Source of the DNA: Eledone cirrhosa
Taxonomy: Eukaryota
Assembly (NCBI GenBank): GCA_964016885.1
Contig: OZ024740.1
Span: 236,654,001 to 236,718,000 of the forward strand
Direction of reading: 5' to 3'
Length of the DNA: 64,000 nt
The translations under genes were made by a program, and so were the position numbers. Of this stretch, positions 1 to 13,135 are shown piece after piece (position 1 is the stretch's first letter; the number at the start of each line of letters is the position of its first letter). A model generated the notes under the pieces. That model saw nothing but the letters and a program-made list of their open reading frames with translations. It was not told the origin of the DNA and searched no databases.

Positions 1-488
1 ATAAAAAGGTGCAGAGCACTAGAAGTTGATGGAAACCGCGGAGTGGGGAGACCCAAGATGACTTGGGATGAGGTGATAAAAGCCGACCTTACCCAACTAC
101 ACCTCTCAAAGTCAATGACACACGACCGTGACTTCTGGCGTCACGCAGTAATACAGGGTACCCGACCTCCCATGGGTACATGCTGAAGCATATAAACAAT
201 ATGCCCCCCCCCCCCCCCACCGCAAGGTGGTCGTGGAGGTGCCACGGCAAAAAAGCACCCAGCCCACACTGTAAAGTGGACGTGTAGGCGCCACGAAAAA
301 GCACCCAGCACTCACTGTAAATGAGGTTGGTGTTAGGAAGGGCATCCAGCTGTAGAAATCAAGCCAGATCAGTTCCTGTATGAGCAAGGCATGGTCAGCC
401 GACCAGACACTGCCCACAACAGGACAACCCGTCTAACCCATGCTAGCGTGGAAGAACGGACGTAAAACGGTGATGATGATGATGATGA
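1..488 (+). mobile_element. 3' end of RTE-clade LINE (family B), cut by the window edge
   Basis: Near-identical to 30924-31409; GRPKMTWDEVIK C-terminus, 3' UTR and (GAT)n tail. Confidence 0.9.
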
Positions 489-571
489 CAACTGTGAATA
501 AACTTATAATAACTTCTGATTAGAAGGATTATATACAATTATTTTCATTTTAAACAAACACTAAAACCACA

Positions 572-1674
572 CCCGGTCAAAGGCTTTCTTGAAGTTAAAG
601 TTGATTTCAAGAAAGCCTTCGACAGGGTGTGACACGATGCACTGTGGGCGACCACGAAGCAATATAATTTGGGCCAAAAGATCATTCACACCAATCAACA
701 GCTCTATCTGAAAGCCTCAATTAAAGTACTTGTCCAAAGCAAAATGGGGGACTGGTTCCACACATCAGTAGGTGTCCAACAGGGCTGTCTCCTCTCCCTG
801 ACACTGTTCAACATCTTCCTTGAGTGAATCATGACCAACACCCTAGAAGGCAACCCTGGCATATTTAGTATAGCAGGACAAATTATCACAAACCTCAGGT
901 TCGCTGATGACATCAACGGGTTAGCTAGAAGTGAAGAACTCGCTGAGCTGATGAACCGCTTGGACGTAACTTCTGCCAGATACAGCATGGAGATCAGCAC
1001 TGAGAAAATCAGGCTGATGAGAAACACCACAAAACCAATAGATATAAGTATCACAGTCAGTGATCAAGAACTGAATACTATGTCACAGTTCAAGTACCTT
1101 GGTGCCATGATAAGTCAAGAGGGATCCGAGCCAGAGGTCTTTGCAAGGAGTGCTTTAACAGCCACAACACTTTCTAAGCTGAAACTTCTCTGGAGAGATA
1201 AAAGTACCACTCTCAGATACAAAAACTCCTGCATGGCCCTATTCATCTTTCTATACGCATGAGAGTTATGAACCCTGACCACTGAACTGCAAAGAAAGAT
1301 CCAAACAGTAGAGATGAGATGCTATAGAAGAATCCTGGGAATTTCCTACACAGAACACATCACAAATGAGGTCTGCAAAAGAATCACCTTGCTGACAACA
1401 GTGAAAAGGAGGAAGTTGAGGTGGTATAGGCATATAACAAGATTAGACGGACTATCTAAGACAATTCTACAAGGAACAGTGCAGGGAAAGAAAGGCGGAC
1501 CAGACAGAAGAAGCAGTAGACAGACAACATAGCTGAGTGGATGGGAAAAAATTTACCACAACCCAAGAATTCGCCCATGACCACCAGAGCTAGAGGCAGT
1601 TGGTGCAGCATTCAACACTGCATGTCCCAACAACCCCCAAAAAGGGCTAAGGGACCATGACAATGATGATGATG
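572..1674 (+). mobile_element. 5'-truncated RTE-clade LINE without PHD insert, degraded RT
   Basis: DFKKAFDRV, GVQQGCLLS, LRFADD, FKYLG, RRKLRWY motifs; (GAT)n tail; 12-bp TSD ACTAAAACCACA at 560-571 and 1675-1686. Confidence 0.88.
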
Positions 1675-1723
1675 ACTAAAACCACAAATTTAGAATTTTA
1701 AGTTTAAATTAATTTCTATATAT

Positions 1724-1961
1724 TTAACCTTTTCATGACCAGATTTCTAATGAAATACATTGTATTTCAATTAATGAAGAATTTGAAGGGATTTACTGCA
1801 ATATTTTGTTGTTAAAATGGTATTTGTAAGACAACATAACAAGAGGTTCTTATATCAAATTATGTTGGAAGATTTTAATTTAAAAAAGAACCTTTTAATA
1901 TCTGTGGTTTTGTTTCATAGAACCAGAGGCAGATTTGAGCAGGTTGGTATCAAAGGGTTAA
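1724..1961. mobile_element. TTAA-flanked MITE (piggyBac-like ends)
   Basis: TTAACCTTTT...AAAGGGTTAA termini; a related decayed copy lies near 24871-25115. Confidence 0.5.
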
Positions 1962-2004
1962 ACATATATCATTTTTATATTGCTTGATTTTTTTTTTTAC
2001 TCAC

Positions 2005-2279
2005 TGATATTTCTTGGACATTTTAATCTGATGAAAAGTACTGATAAATGGTGATTCGTGTTTAGAAATTGGGTGTGCATTTTGAAATTCAGCATGTTCC
2101 CAGTAATGCTGAGTTCCTTGTGAGAAAGGTGATTCTGAAGATTCTATAGGCTCCATCCGTTCATTCTTACAAAAGCTAGGTACTACTGCAAAAGCTGACA
2201 GTTGAGTGTTAGGGGTAGAGTAAGTTTCACTAATATAATTGTCAGAATTTTGGCTGTAGTCAGTTTCCAAATAATCAAC
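2005..2279 (-). CDS. REDIC1: REDIC1-like coding exon 5: VDYLETDYSQNSDNY...HQIKMSKKY; gene continues beyond the left edge
   Basis: Acceptor TTTATTTTTCAG, donor CA|GTGAGT, 275 nt open (inside ORF 2001..2327), phase 0 in; non-repetitive S/T/E-rich sequence. Confidence 0.68.
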
Positions 2280-2814
2280 CTGAAAAATAAACCAGTTTAG
2301 TTTGAAATGAGTTATTTTTCTAATCAAATAGGTAAATAAACTCTCAACTTATATTCTTTTTTAACATGGAAGGATTGATCAATGTAACTTTTGAGCCACA
2401 ACTACGTAAGCGAGGAATTTTTGCAATGATATAATCTCAGTGTCTTTCAAAGAAAGTCAAGTAGAATTTAAGAGAGTTTTACTATTATTTCTAGTAAGGT
2501 GAACTACCACATAGACGGTCCTTTACTGGAAAATCAAACAAAGGTTTGAAATATGTGTTTGTTTATATCCCAGTCAGCCTTGAATAAGTAGAACTATAAT
2601 CAAAGGAATTTCTGCTATGACTACCTCATCTTTTTGAATAAAAAAAAAAACAACCACAGTTGGAATCAAGAGGCCTGAGAGTGAACATAGCTAAAACAAA
2701 AGTGTTGATAAGTAGAAGAGAAGACAATACTCTGATTCCATAGGGGAAATGGCCATGTTCGATATGTAGGAAAGGAACTGGCATAAATTCCATAAAATGT
2801 ACGCAATGCAGATC

Positions 2815-4840
2815 TGTAGCAGTAAATAAATATATACTTACTTTGTAATTAAATGTATTTTCCTTCTGCGGAAGAATTATGTTATGGAGGTAAATTGACT
2901 GAAGTGTGAGCCAATCAAAACCTTCGGCGGAGTGATACGAGTTACTGGACTACTTAGACCAGATAACGTAAGTGAACTCAGAGAGAATTGAGTCTCCGGA
3001 AATACTTGCTCGCGTCAACACATCAATTCTTCGATACAGATCAACCTTTTCTTGTCGTTATACTAATTCCATGCTTATACCACGAATAAATGGAATTACA
3101 TATTTATAATGGATTTCGTCATTATTTTATGCCTTCTGAATCTACTAACACTTGCAGCGAATATGAGACGTGACATCACTGCCTGGACACGTTCCTGCTT
3201 GTCCTGTCAGAAGTCAAAGGTGCACAAACACATCCGCACACCCCTCGGAACTTTCAGCACTCCAGACGCTTGGTTCAGTCATGTCCATATAGATCTCGTT
3301 GGACCATGGCCGGTCAGCCAAGGATTTACCTATCTCCTGACCTGTATTGATCGCGTCACACGTTGGTCTGAAGCCATTCCTTTAAGTGACATTTCAGCGG
3401 AATCTGTAGCGGGAGCTCTAGTATCGGGTTGGATATCACGTTACGGAGTTCCAACCACTGTCACCACGGACCGTGGTGAACAGTTTGAGTCCCATCTCTT
3501 CCGAGAACTTTCAAGGATCCTGGGAATTAAGCGCATCCGAACGACTAGCTATCATCCAGCTTCGAACGGAATGATAGAGCGCTTCCACCGCCAATTGAAA
3601 GTCGCATTGCGCGCTTATCCGGATCAACAGCAATGGAGCGAGTATGTACCAATTGTCCTTCTTGGCTGTCGTGCAGCTATCAAGGAGGATCTAGGATACT
3701 CCCCAGCTGAACTGGTTTACAGAGTACCTATATCTTTACCGGGTCAGATGTTGACTCCAATGGATTTACCTGAAACAGATCCAGCTCTGTATGTGAACAG
3801 ACTGCGATCTTATTTTGACAATCTTCCGCCTATGAACCCTCGGCAACAGACAATAAAGTCTTCGGTCCCGAAAGACATTGCTTCGTGGACCCACGTCTTT
3901 CTGCGGAAGGACACCGTGAGAGCTCCTTTCACGTCACCTTATACCGGTCCTTATCGTGTGCTTGCACGCACAGATTAACTGTTCACTCTGGACATTGGTG
4001 GTAAAAAAGAGACTGTATCCATTGATAGGGTGAAACGAGCCTTTACAGACACTCTCACACAAGAGCCCCATATTCCCCCTACATATACTCTGCATCAGCC
4101 AACACACGCTACACATGCAACATTGCACACACCTTCTCCACCTACACCTACATATGTCACCACCACACGTAGTGGTCGCCGAGTACATTGGCCCAAGAAG
4201 CTTTGCAAGACTCTATATATATGAACTATGCTATATAGAGAAAGCTTTTTGAGTTCTTGTCCTCTCTTGTATTTATATTAAATGCATTAATTAATGTGAA
4301 CTTTGGACTATTTCTGCTGCTCAGTTTTTTTTTATTTTCCTCTTTTTCGCTGAAGCAAAACGCAGACATTCCTGTGAAATGAATATTTAGTTTTCTGTGA
4401 ATTGATATTTACTGTTATATTTTTTTTTTCTTTCTTGCAACTGCTACACTTTTTTTCTCTGTCGGCTTTAAGCCTAAGCAGGGGGTGATGTAGCAGTAAA
4501 TAAATATATACTTACTTTGTAATTAAATGTATTTTCCTTCTGCGGAAGAATTATGTTATGGAGGTAAATTGACTGAAGTGTGAGCCAATCAAAACCTTCG
4601 GCGGAGCGATACGAGTTACTGGACTACTTAGACCAGATAACGTAAGTGAACTCAGAGAGAATTGAGTCTCCGGAAATACTTGCTCGCACCAACACGTCAA
4701 TTCTTCGATACAGATCAACCTTTTCTTGTCGTTATACTAATTCCATGCTTATACCACGAATAAATGGAATTACATATTTATAATGGATTTCGTCGTTATG
4801 AATCTACTAACACTTGCAGCGACAAATAATCTTCATTATA
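2815..4840 (+). mobile_element. Gypsy-type LTR element 1, integrase-only deletion derivative
   Basis: LTRs 2815-3160 (3' end lost) and 4489-4840; TG...TA ends; PPT-like AAGCAGGGGGTGA; TSD GATC at 2811-2814 and 4841-4844. Confidence 0.92.
3109..4224 (+). pseudogene. Gypsy integrase (CC half of the Zn finger, D,D35E core, GPY-type C-terminus), one internal stop at 3976-3978
   Basis: [33 protein letters not shown]; the frame continues to RSGRRVHWPKK. Confidence 0.9.
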
Positions 4841-5835
4841 GATCTTGGGTACACAAGAGATGTAGTGGGATAGCAGGTAAACTAACAGGTAGGGAAAACT
4901 ACGTATGCAGTAGATGTACAGGGAAAGTTGGCAGTAGTAATCGCAATGATAGTCACATTTTTCAAATGCAGGTGGGTTCTATAGAAGTGGTTAATAGCTT
5001 CCGGTACCTAGGTAATCAGATTATCATGGGAGGAGGGTGTTCTGAGGCTAAAGTATCTAGAATAAGGACGGGTTGGAAGAAGTTTAGGGAGCTGCTTCCT
5101 CTGTTGACAAAGAAGGGTTTCTCCCTGCGTACGAAAGGCCAGTTATATGATGCCTGTGTGAGATGTGTGATGCTGCATGGTAGTGAGACATGGGCAGCAA
5201 CTGTAACTGTAATCGATAATACATAACAAGTGATACTATTAGATGACACTTGAGAGTATTCATGTTTGAGTTAGAGCAAAGAAAATCTGAGAAAAACTAG
5301 TTTGGTAATATGTGAGAATAATGGGCCTATCTGATGTCATATATGATACACATCAGACAGCTAAGAGTCAAGACACAGTAAAGTACTGTAATGAAGACCT
5401 ATTCAACCATTTTACCATTGGAAAAATAGACTTTAAACAGCAACAAAAACAATAGTAATAATTGTTTCTAACATGTACACAAAGCCAGACATTTGAGAGG
5501 TATTAGTTGATTAAATTGACTCCAAAAATAATACTATTTAACATAATACTATTTACACATTTTATGGGAGGGAATAGTCAATTGGCAAGAACCTTCCTAC
5601 CCACATTACTTTACTGATACTTTAGTGGGCTCCATAGAAGTAGTTGATAGCTTCTGTTACCAAGACGACCTAAGTAGCAGTGGAGATGTTAAACTTCATG
5701 AAGGAAATATCAAAGGAGCACAACAATAGTTAAATGGTGTGTTGAAGTTGACTCATCCAACCCATACAAGCATAAAAAAAATGATAACGATCATATATAT
5801 ATATACATATATATTTCTACACACATGATAATGAA

Positions 5836-6281
5836 GGCACATGGCTTAGTGGTTAGAGCATTGGGCTTGCAATCAAAAGGTTGTGAGTTCAATTCTCGGA
5901 CCGGGTGATGTGTTGTTTCCTTGAGCAAGACACTTTATTTCACATTGCTCCAGTTTACTCAGCTGTAGAAATGAGATGATAGGACTGGGGTCCCTATCAT
6001 TCCACTACAAAGTGGTCGTGGAGGTGCCACGGTAAAAAAGCACCCAGCCCACACTGTAAAGTGGACGTGGAGGTGCCACGGAAAAAAGCACCCAGCATTT
6101 ACTGTAAATGAGGTTAGTGTTAGGAAGGGCATCCAGCTGTAGAAATCAAGCCAGAATCAGTTCCCGTATGAGCAAAACAAGGTCAGCCGACCGGACACTG
6201 CCCACAGCAGGACAACCCGTCTAAGCCATGCTAGCGTGGAAGAACGGACGTATAACAGTTATGATGATGATGATGATGATG
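5836..6281 (+). mobile_element. tRNA-derived SINE head with CORE-like body joined to an RTE family-B 3' UTR and (GAT)n tail
   Basis: A box TGGCTTAGTGG, B box GAGTTCAATTC, CCTTGAGCAAGACACTT body; 6002-6281 matches the RTE-B 3' UTR. Confidence 0.7.
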
Positions 6282-6542
6282 CCAACAGACAGAAGAACTG
6301 ATGAGAATAATTGGCCATTCAATAATGTGAATATATCTTCTTCTTCGCCTGCAAGAACTGTTTCTAGAGAGTCCTGTCAGAAGCAACCATCTCCAATTGA
6401 TCTAATTGGATCCCCAAGCGAGAGCAATGAAGATCATGAATATTATCCAACCATCTTGCTCGGGTCTACCCCTGGGTCTCCTGCCAGTTGGTCTTTGCCT
6501 GCGATATATATATATATATATATATATAGGTAATGATTGTAT

Positions 6543-6577
<35 letters not shown>

Positions 6578-7084
6578 CATTACCTTCTATCTCTTCTTCT
6601 TATAAATTCCTTAATTCTTAATTCTAGCGTATTTTCAAACCTTAATTCCTAATTCTAGCGTATTTTCAAAACAAAACAAAATCCTTTTCCTTCTTCCTCT
6701 TTCAAAACTCGAAACTCCCGCTTCCTCGACCCCCCCCCCTCCCTCTATTTCGCGAGGGCATGGTGGTCAACCGCCCAATACATACACATCATGCGGCCAA
6801 ACCCCCCCCTCTCTCTCTCTCTTAGCTCTCTCTATATATATATATATAAGATAGAAATCACTTCGCCAAATTTCATTGCATTGCTGTCTCCTCCACGATA
6901 TTCATGTAACGTAATGTACATATTTTTCTTTCATCTCTACCTCCACACTCCTATTTCGTATCAAGTCCAAATAGCCAATCTATTGCTAAAACAATCTACA
7001 TTTTTTGTTATCATTAATTGTTAGATACGAGAGTTTTTGTCGTATTGAACAGAACAATTTTGTATTTTTGTTAATCGCTTGTTA

Positions 7085-10000
7085 AATGCAAGGACCCCAT
7101 TCAATTATTACCTTCTATCTAGCTACCCAACACCCCTCCCTCCCGCCCCCACGCACCACCATTGCTATTACGTGGACCAATCATAAGCCAGAGCCCTCAC
7201 GCATCACCAGTATTATTATTACGCGGACCAATCATAAGCCAGAGGCCTATACTATCGCTTGCCTGGTTGCCTTTCGATATATGATGGATGGATGGACTGC
7301 GGAATCCTGGAGAGTGGAGGAGAGAGAGAAAAATCTGGATGCTCAGCGACAATGCCAAAGATAAAGATAAAGACAAATTCACCTCGTGGACGAGAATGCG
7401 AGCACTCCTCATTGTTTCGACCGCGGACGGCTAACATAACCCCATCGCCCCCCGCCCCCCACCGCCCCCAACCCCCAAACGCAATCCAAAACTTCAGAGT
7501 TGGTACCATAAATGTAGGCACCCTAAAGGGTCGCGCTAACGAGGTTGTAGAAATGCTTGAACGTAAGGAGGTCGATGTTTGTTGTATTCAAGAGACCAGG
7601 TGGAGGGGTGGGTCTGCTAGATTCATTGAGGGTAAAAAACGATGTTATAAGCTTTTCTGGGTGGGAAACGACGATGGGCTGGGTGGAGTAGGAATCATGG
7701 TAGCAGAAAAGTGGGCAGATAAGATAATAGACGTAAATAGAGTGAACGACAGAATAATTAAAATACGACTTGTCCTCAATAGAACTACGGTGACAGTAAT
7801 ATCTGCGTACGCACCCCAATCCGGACTGCCCGGCACTATAAAAGACAGATTCTATGAGACACTGATGCTAACTACCTCCCAAATATCCGACAGTGACTAT
7901 ATAATTATTGCAGGCGACCTAAATGGTCACGTTGGACAACATTGTGACGGCTACGACGAAATCCATGGAGGCTATGGGTTTGGTACTAGAAATGAGGAAG
8001 GCTCCAGAATCCTGGAATTCTGTGATGCAAATAACCTAACTATCTGTAACACTAACTTCAAAAAACGTGACAATCACCTGATCACCTATAGATCTGGGGA
8101 ACACACAAGCCAGGTAGATTATATCCTTACCAGAAGACGTGACAGAGTGTCTGTTGTAAACACTAAATCCCTCCCTCATGAAGAATGCACCTCCCAACAT
8201 AGACTGATAATTAGCGACCTCATAGTCAGGACGAGACGTACTCGACAGCAGAAGAGGACTATCCTCAGGAGAAAAATATGGAAGCTAAAGGACCCCACAG
8301 CCAGAAATAAATTTCAAAGCATATTACTTGATGCTTTCGACAGTAAGGAAGAACATTTAGAGTCGGACAATATAGAGGGACAGTGGGAATTTCTGAAAGC
8401 AAACCTGCTGTTGGTGACAGACGAAGTCTGTGGCTGGAGCAGGCCTGTAGGCAGGAGGAGAGTAACATGGTGGTGGAACAGTAAGGTGGAGGGGTCAATT
8501 AAGGCCAAAAAGCAGGCTTGGAAAGTATGGCGGGATGGGGGAAGTAGAGAAGACTATCAAGTGGCCAGGAGGGAAGCTAGGAGACAAGTGTACTTAGCAA
8601 GAAGGGAAGCTGAGGAAAGAAAGTTCAAGCATGTTCTACAACGCGATGACCAAAAACGTGAGGTGTTCAGGATTGCTAGGCAATGCGTCATGGAAAACCG
8701 TGATATTGTCGGGGAGAAGTGTGTTGTTCCGAAGGACTGGCATAGCAGCATCATCGTTAACTGTTATAAGGGTAAAGGAGACGCCCTAGATAGGAGTAAC
8801 TATAGAGTAGAGGCATTAAATTAATCGACCAGGTCATGAAGGTCACGGAAAAAGTAATAGCGCAACTAATCAGAGAGAGAATTGACCTAGATGAAATGCA
8901 GTTCGGGTTTGTGTCAGGCAAAAGTACCACAGACGCTCTTTTCATAGTACGACAACTACAGGAGAAGTACCTAGCTAAAGGTAAACCCCTCTACTTAGCT
9001 TTTGTCGACTTGGAGAAAGCCTTCGACAGAGTCCCCCGCTCCATTATCTGGTGGGCTCTTAGAAAACTAGGCGTTGACGAATGGCTTGTGAGGGCTATAC
9101 AAGCCATGTATAAAGAAACAGTCAGCAAGGTTAGAATTAACAACGAATATAGTGAAGAGTTTAGCGTAAAAGTTGGCGTCCATCAGGGCTCTGTTCTCAG
9201 CCCCCTACTATTTATTATTGCCCTTCAGGCTATAACAAAGGAGTTCAAGACCGGCCGCCCATGGGAACTCCTATACGCAGACGACCTGACACTCATAGCG
9301 GAATCAATGGCCGAGCTAGAGAAGAAATTCCAAACATGGAAGCACGGCCTAGAGTCAAAAGGACTTAAAATTAACCTGGCTAAGACTAAAGTTCTAGTTT
9401 GTAGGAAAGAAAACAAGGCGGCGGTCCCTTCTGGGAAATGGTCGTGCTCGGTGTGTAGGAAAGGCGTAGGTAGAAACTCCATTTTATGTCCTAAATGCAA
9501 AGTATGGGTGCATAAAAGATGTAGTGGGATCACAGGTAAGCTAACTAAGAACATAGATTTTACATGTGGCCGGTGCTCCGGTGCAATAAGTAGCTCTTTC
9601 AATTGCGCAGTGGGTTCTATAGAAATAGTGGACAGTTTCCGTTACCTGGGTGATAAAATCAGCAGTGGGGGAGGGTGCTCTGAAAGTACAGTAGCTAGAG
9701 TCAGAACTGGTTGGAAAAAGTTCAGAGAGCTTATACCACTATTAGCTGCTAAAGGGTTCTACCTAAAAATGAAAGGCAGGTTGTACGATGCCTGCATACG
9801 AACAGCAATGTTGCATGGCAGTGAGACCTGGGCATTGTGTGCAGAGGATATACGCAGACTAGAGAGGAACGAAGCTTGCATGCTCCGCTGGATGTGTAAC
9901 AGTAATATACGTGAACGGCAAAGCATAAACGAACTAAGGAAAAAATTAGAAATAAGAGGGATCAGATGTTGTTTACTCGAGAGAAGGCTACGTTGGTATG

Positions 10001-10613
10001 GACACGTGATGCGCATGAAAGTCGATAGCTGTATAACAAAGTGCAGGGCAATAAAGATAGACGGTAGCCACGGAATAGGCAGACCTAGAAAAACCTGGGA
10101 CGAGCTGATAAACTCCGACCTCACACACTTACACCTCTCCAAGACAATGTCACTGGACCGAGACCTTTGGCGGTACTCAGTAACAGAGAAGACCCGCCTT
10201 ACCTAAATACATAGTAAAACCTACTACAGCCAGTAGGCATCTCTAACAAAATATCCCCCCCCCCGTCCCACCACCACCACCCCCACCCCATCCACACCAC
10301 CCCGTTCTATGTAAAGTTATGTTGGTGCCACACCATCCAGGCCGAAACAAATGAGATCGTGTAGGTGTCACGACAAAAAAACACACAGTCCACGCTGTAA
10401 TGTGGCCGTGTAGGCAACACGGTAAAAACCTCCCAGACCCACACTGTAAATGTGGTTGGTGTTAGGAAGGGCATCCAACTGTAGAAAACCTGCCAGACAG
10501 TCCTATGCGAGCAAGACAATCACTCTTGCCTCAAGTGGGACTACCCCCGTCCAAACCCATGCAAGCGTGGAACACGGACGTTAAACGTTGATGATGATGA
10601 TGATGATGATGAT
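7085..10613 (+). mobile_element. Near full-length RTE-clade LINE (family A), APE + RT
   Basis: APE motifs GTINV, CIQETRW, AGDLNGH, SQVDYIL, SQH; RT motifs DLEKAFD, GVHQGSVLSP, YADD, FRYLG; (GAT)n tail. Internal deletion near 8722 and frameshift near 8810. The 5' boundary is approximate. Confidence 0.93.
7259..10206 (+). pseudogene. RTE-A APE-RT-PHD ORF, broken into ORFs 7259..8824 and 8836..10206
   Basis: One frameshift at NYR(G)IKL; the linker present in family B is missing. Confidence 0.88.
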
Positions 10614-10679
10614 ATATGCTGAATAAGACCCGTCCCACCCTTGCAAAGCGGACGTAAAATGATGATGATGATGATGATG

Positions 10680-10771
<92 letters not shown>

Positions 10772-10782
10772 CACACACACAC

Positions 10783-10820
<38 letters not shown>

Positions 10821-10889
10821 GCATATTTAATGTAAATGCACCCTTACTTGAAACCTCCAGTGTTTGAGGTCCCTGATCCCCTTGTTTTG

Positions 10890-12200
10890 CTTCTGCTTGT
10901 TGCTAGCTTAACAGCTTCAAACATGTTGAGGGTGACTCATACCCTTCAGGATGGTCAGTTTCTTGAGATAAGCTTTAACTACCCCTGTCCCATGGCTTTC
11001 TTTGTCTAATGATGATCATTCATATGCATTATACCAACACAGTCCTTTTTCCTGCATAATACATCTGATTCCTCTCACATCCAATTTTTTTCTCAACTCA
11101 TGCACGCTTCGTCATTTATGCATACTTATATTACATATGCAACATAGAATACTCAATTTGTTTCCTTTTAGACTTCACATATCCTCTGCATTTACTGCTA
11201 GCATCTCACTACCATACAACATGGCACTTCTTATTCAGGCCATAGAATCTACTTTTCACTTGAAGAGAGAACCTCTTTGTTGCCAACAGATGTAGCAACT
11301 CCCTGAACTTTTCCCACCCTAATCTTATTTTAGCTACTACACTTTCGGACCTACTACTTCCATTACTAATTAGATCACTTGGATAACTGATGCTATCAAC
11401 TACTTTGATGGAGCCTTCCCTCAATAGAATAATATTTATTTCACTGTTGCTCTTAATACTAACCACCCCTGTGTAGCTTTACCTTCTCTGTTAGCATGCC
11501 AGCCTGCAATGCTTGTGTACCAATATTTTACATTGATTACACCATATAGAATTCCTATTTACTTCTTGCGCATAAAACTTCACTGGTGGTGTCAGTCTTG
11601 TATTCTTTTCAACTTACTAAAAGTTTGGTCTTTGCTAAGTTTACTCTGAGCCTTTTTGATTCTAGTCTTTGCATTCACAATTGGAATGTCTTCTCTAGAT
11701 CTTCTACAGATTCAGCTATAATAATTAGGTCATCAGCATTCAGACATTCTCATGAGCAACCCGTCTTAAATTCTTCTGTAATGAACTCAGGCACATTAAT
11801 AAACAGAAGAGGGTTGAGGACTGAACCTTGATGAACCTCTACTTCCACACTAAATCTTTCAATGAACTTATTGCCAACTCTCACTTTACTGACAGCATCT
11901 GTGTACATGGTTTGCACTGCTCTCACAAGCCATTCATCAATGCCTAGTTTTCTCAAAGCCCATCAGATTAAGGAATGTAATATTTTGTCAAAGGCCTTCT
12001 TCAGATCAAAGAATGCTAAGTATAGTGGTTTACTCCTAGATAGGAACTTCTCTTGCAGTTGTTTCACTAAGAAGGCATCAGTTGTACACCAGCCTAGCAC
12101 AAACCCAAACTGCATCTCATCTTATCTAATTCTATTCTCAAACTCTCCATTACTTTCATAACCTGATCTATTTGTTTGATGCCTCAGTTATTAATCCTTT
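10890..12200 (-). mobile_element. Degraded RTE LINE RT fragment
   Basis: RKLGIDEWLVRAVQTMY, VHQGSVLNPLLF, GWEKFRELL on the minus strand; many stops. Confidence 0.85.
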
Positions 12201-12706
12201 CTGCAGCATATTATAGCAAACATTTGCCTGTGATGTCACTAATATCTCAACTTTTGCCTTCCCTTTGGTCAAAATTAGTGGAGTTGAGAAGAGAGGCTGA
12301 CATGTATGGGTAACTGCTGGTTTGAATGCATTTTAACATGGCACCAGCACAACTACTTTACAAAGTAGACTGGGTATATTTTATTATGGCACCAACACTA
12401 GAGACGTTGTCACATGATTGCTCAGACTGTATATTGTCTCTGTTCAATCACCAAACATTGCAACCACTGGTTTCTCAGTAAACTTTGCCACAAACCATGA
12501 CCAGCACTACATACAATATTAAAGATGATTGTATATACAAGGCTAACACTAATCATATTAGTGCTACACATCTAAATCACACACTTTAAAAAAGAATAGG
12601 AAAAGTTTAACAATGAAAAACAAATTAATAGAATGCCTCTAATACATTCAAATATTAACATACATATGGACATGCACCCACATATATCCAATGTTCATTA
12701 ACTTAC

Positions 12707-12812
12707 AGATGTTGACAGTTTTGGCACGTAAACTTCTCTATTAAATCTACTGTCATCTTTAGTTGCTATTCTTGAATGTGCAGGCATTTCATTTTGAATT
12801 GACCAGGAATTC
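12707..12812 (-). CDS. REDIC1: REDIC1-like coding exon 4: (L)NSWSIQNEMPAHSRIATKDDSRFNREVYVPKLSTS
   Basis: Acceptor TTTTCTAATCCTTAG, donor TCT|GTAAGT, 106 nt, phase 2 in / phase 0 out. Confidence 0.7.
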
Positions 12813-13135
12813 CTAAGGATTAGAAAACATATTTCAATATGATCAACCATGATTTAAGTGTGTAGATTACAATATATTTGATTAAGTTGTTGTTATGGTG
12901 TATCCCTGTGTCGGCTCTGACTGAGCAGACATATAACCAAAGCCATTCCAATCATATATCTTTTTTAAGATAATAAAATGGGATTCAAGGGAATTTGGCT
13001 GCTATTTCTAGCAGGTGAAAGGACTCATACATTGATATCTACTTTAGCGCAAGTGGTGTTTGTTTCCATTTTTTTCTTATTAAGTTTAAATATAAGAAAA
13101 TTTCAGATTGAAATGTATATATATTGATTCAAAAT

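Larger units (their letters stand above)
2655..5205 (+). mobile_element. Old RTE LINE RT/PHD fragment split by Gypsy element 1
   Basis: GKWPCSICRKG...KCTQCR (2655-2814) rejoins SWVHKRCSG...FRYLG...MLHGSETW (4841-5205). Confidence 0.85.

Noticed and set aside
4783-5226. 147-aa ORF as a gene
   Set aside because: Chance fusion of an LTR ATG to the interrupted RTE fragment.
5836-5910. tRNA gene
   Set aside because: A and B boxes are present, but there is no clean cloverleaf and the sequence runs into a SINE body; the same applies to the other SINE heads.
6609-6670. 31-bp tandem duplication; also 27-bp repeats at 27688-27770
   Set aside because: Ordinary slippage or LINE 5' UTR repeats, with no evidence of a separate function.
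7523-10142. Minus-strand ORFs over the RTE elements (also 13318..13818, 29861..30979)
   Set aside because: Antisense shadows of the LINE ORF with no independent motifs.
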